A stretch of DNA of 64,000 nucleotides from an uncultured Chlamydiae bacterium (GTDB lineage: Bacteria > Chlamydiota > Chlamydiia > Chlamydiales > CACLRR01), in the NCBI GenBank assembly GCA_902609415.1, contig CACLRR010000003.1, positions 23,229 to 87,228 on the forward strand. The letters are read 5' to 3'. Every line of letters begins with the position of its first letter. Positions within the stretch are counted from its first letter, which is position 1. The notes below the pieces were generated by a model. The model was given only the letters and a program-made list of their open reading frames with translations, was not told where the DNA came from and ran no database searches. This document shows positions 62,038 through 64,000 of this stretch, piece after piece. The position numbers and the translations under genes were made by a program.

Positions 62038-63993
62038 ACGGTTTCTTCTGAAGTAGAGGATAAAGGCTATTAACCCCGCAAAAGATCCACCTATCCATAC
62101 AATAAGCTTTGAGTTGGTAATAAGTGGATAGTTTGCTTGATTTGGATAGCCAAAACGTTCTCCTGGGGCCCAGAAATTAAAGGATGGTACGCCACGAAGA
62201 TTTCCTTCAGGAACAAATCCGAATTCTCTACTATCTGCGCTAACAGCATGATTGTCGCCTAGGACAAGATAGTGCTTATCTGGTATAGTTAGGCCAAAGC
62301 GTTTAATTTTTTCTTTATTGACTGAGCCGTCTGTGTTAATTGGTGCTCCCATGTCTATAAAAGGGAAGTAGGAGGGGTTCTTGGCTCTACTTTCTTCTTC
62401 AGATATAAACTGTAGAAGGGTCTTGTCATCTTTGTCAAAAATCTTTTTTCCCATCATGAAGAGATGCCCATCTCTAAAATAACTATAGCGCGCTGGGTGG
62501 ATATACCCAATCGGTTTTTCTTGTGGGTGAAAACGTGTATCAAATTCAATTCCACTGTTATAAAGCACGAAGAGATTATTAATATTGAATTGATTTAGTG
62601 GATGTGATTTATCAAGTTCAATAGTCATGCCCTCTATGGAAACTTTATATGCTTTTCCATCTTGAAACTCATACACACCGTTAGGAATATTATTGTCTAG
62701 TGCAGGTTTATATTGATCTATTGTTTTTGTGCGAAGAATTTTATTTTTGATATAGCTTACAAATGGTTGAATTTCTCCAACTGTAAGGGCTTTTCCATTA
62801 ACAACCTCAAATCTTGATGTATAGAGGCTTTTATAGAGTGTCTCAAGGTGCTCCTTATCCATGGGGATATATGATGTATAGGTCCCAATTTGAGGAAGAT
62901 TGCCATAGAGACCTTTTCTTATGGATGCATTCTCAAGATTTGGGTGGTGAATAAAACGTATGAAATACTCTTCTTTGGATTGCTTAATTGTTGGTGTTAG
63001 ATTTTCGTATGGAATAGATGACTTTTTAATAAGGGTGGATGTTGTAAAGTTCTCTATGCCCCACAGGTTAAAGAACTCCATCGAGCTCTCTATAGAGGAG
63101 CCTGGTTCATCATAATACGCCTGGGTTTGTAGTTTTTCAGAAAAGCTTGAGGAGGTAAGTTCTGCTAATTTCTTATGCATCTGATGAATGGAGGCATGAA
63201 TATTACCATCTTTCATTGTTAGTGTTGGCTTTCCTTGTATATTAATGAAAGGTATGTGCTCTAGGTGTGAGAGGCCTTCTTGTTGCAGTAGCGGGGTAAT
63301 GTTATTGCCAGCATTGTCTAAGCCATAGATCTTCCCACCATAAAAGTACAGGGTATCTCCAGGAAGCCCAATCATTCTTTTGACAAACTGCTTATGTCCT
63401 GGGAAAAGGTAGAAGTATTTTGTTGCAGAGCCTGGAACTAGGTTTTCACCCGTAAAGGTGATAATACCCATACGTTTCACTTCATCCTTCTCAAACAGAA
63501 GATGGTGAGGAAGCAGGGGAATATTAAGACCAAATTGTGATTTTGTGACAACAAGTTTGTCTAATTCTTTAAAAGTAGGGCGCATCGATCCTGATGGTAT
63601 CTCATAAAGCTCAAAACATGTCTGACGGATCATAATCGCAGCAATAAGACATAGTACTAAGGTTGCTGCAGAAGAGACAAAGGAAGACCTCTTCTTCTTT
63701 AATGTGTTTAGATAGGTGTTGTGAAGCTTATCATTGAGACGTATGGTTTCTTCTTCATCCTGGTTAAGGATAGCATCTTGCAGTAACATCATCTCTTCTT
63801 TTAATTGTGTCTTTTCATTAGAAGAGAGTTTTTTTCGCTTTTTACGGTATTCTTTATAGATGAAAATTAAATTTACCTTTGATTCTTTCAAAGAATTCTT
63901 ATTGTCTCCCCCTCTTTTTACCCTTAAGAATCTTTTTTTTAGCATGTAAAGAGAAACGACAAGTAGAATAATAAGAGGGATTATGGATGTCAT
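62014..63993 (-). CDS. lepB: signal peptidase I (long chlamydial-type LepB)
   Basis: Catalytic Ser box IPSGSMRPTF, Lys box FVKRMIGLPGDT and C-terminal box VLGDNHAVSADSREFGFV. At 659 aa it carries a large insertion. Its 3' end overlaps ileS by 24 nt. Confidence 0.9.
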   Translation of the reverse strand: MTSIIPLIILLVVSLYMLKKRFLRVKRGGDNKNSLKESKVNLIFIYKEYRKKRKKLSSNEKTQLKEEMMLLQDAILNQDEEETIRLNDKLHNTYLNTLKKKRSSFVSSAATLVLCLIAAIMIRQTCFELYEIPSGSMRPTFKELDKLVVTKSQFGLNIPLLPHHLLFEKDEVKRMGIITFTGENLVPGSATKYFYLFPGHKQFVKRMIGLPGDTLYFYGGKIYGLDNAGNNITPLLQQEGLSHLEHIPFINIQGKPTLTMKDGNIHASIHQMHKKLAELTSSSFSEKLQTQAYYDEPGSSIESSMEFFNLWGIENFTTSTLIKKSSIPYENLTPTIKQSKEEYFIRFIHHPNLENASIRKGLYGNLPQIGTYTSYIPMDKEHLETLYKSLYTSRFEVVNGKALTVGEIQPFVSYIKNKILRTKTIDQYKPALDNNIPNGVYEFQDGKAYKVSIEGMTIELDKSHPLNQFNINNLFVLYNSGIEFDTRFHPQEKPIGYIHPARYSYFRDGHLFMMGKKIFDKDDKTLLQFISEEESRAKNPSYFPFIDMGAPINTDGSVNKEKIKRFGLTIPDKHYLVLGDNHAVSADSREFGFVPEGNLRGVPSFNFWAPGERFGYPNQANYPLITNSKLIVWIGGSFAGLIAFILYFRRNRLPLDFTN

Positions 63994-64000
63994 TTTTAGA

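Noticed and set aside
1-64000. CRISPR arrays, IS elements/transposases, prophage genes, rRNA genes, toxin-antitoxin pairs and known defence systems
   Set aside because: I saw no regularly spaced repeats, no transposase, integrase or reverse-transcriptase motifs in any listed ORF, no rRNA-like sequence, and no small adjacent ORF pairs with TA-like features. Absence is judged by eye and should be confirmed with dedicated tools.

Overview
This AT-rich window (roughly high-30s % G+C by eye) looks like chromosome from a member of the phylum Chlamydiae, probably an environmental or amoeba-associated lineage rather than Chlamydiaceae. That assignment rests on gene content, gene order and several family hallmarks read directly from the translations.

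From 0 to about 45.6 kb it is densely packed housekeeping DNA:
- tRNA-Cys and rsmI.
- A peptidoglycan/division (dcw-type) operon: unknown 460-aa ORF, murF, mraY, murD, LysM protein, ftsW, murG, murC, ftsQ-like. There is no ftsA or ftsZ.
- An RsbV-like STAS protein, miaA, rsfS, fabF, a NUDIX hydrolase and bioY.
- A tri-domain aas, cysS, a beta-barrel OMP and lysS.
- ftsY-hypothetical-priA.
- sucCD, an S2P-like protease, HU, htrA and a PreP-like M16C protease.
- Class Ic nrdAB with tandem NrdR boxes.
- pssA-rmuC, pepF and mutL.

As far as I recall, this order parallels C. trachomatis CT756-CT782 and CT821-CT828.

From about 45.6 to 58.4 kb the character changes to lineage-specific or accessory content:
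- Small hypotheticals and an alpha/beta hydrolase.
- A 1.1-kb coding desert with frameshifted ORF fragments and a G8 tract.
- An SH3b protein, a HAD hydrolase, a SWIM-finger protein and PIN-PhoH2.
- A block of leader-bearing proteins ending at the 3' end of the tmRNA gene: two methyltransferase-like proteins, two ankyrin proteins, two GNATs and a MerC-like Cys-rich membrane protein.

A eukaryote-like type 2 ileS and a long chlamydial-type lepB close the window. I saw no rRNA, CRISPR array, IS element, integrase or prophage genes.

The best candidates for something undescribed are:
- The ssrA-adjacent block of putative secreted enzymes and ankyrin proteins.
- The unknown first cistron of the division/peptidoglycan operon.
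- The self-contained acyltransferase-carrier-adenylation Aas.
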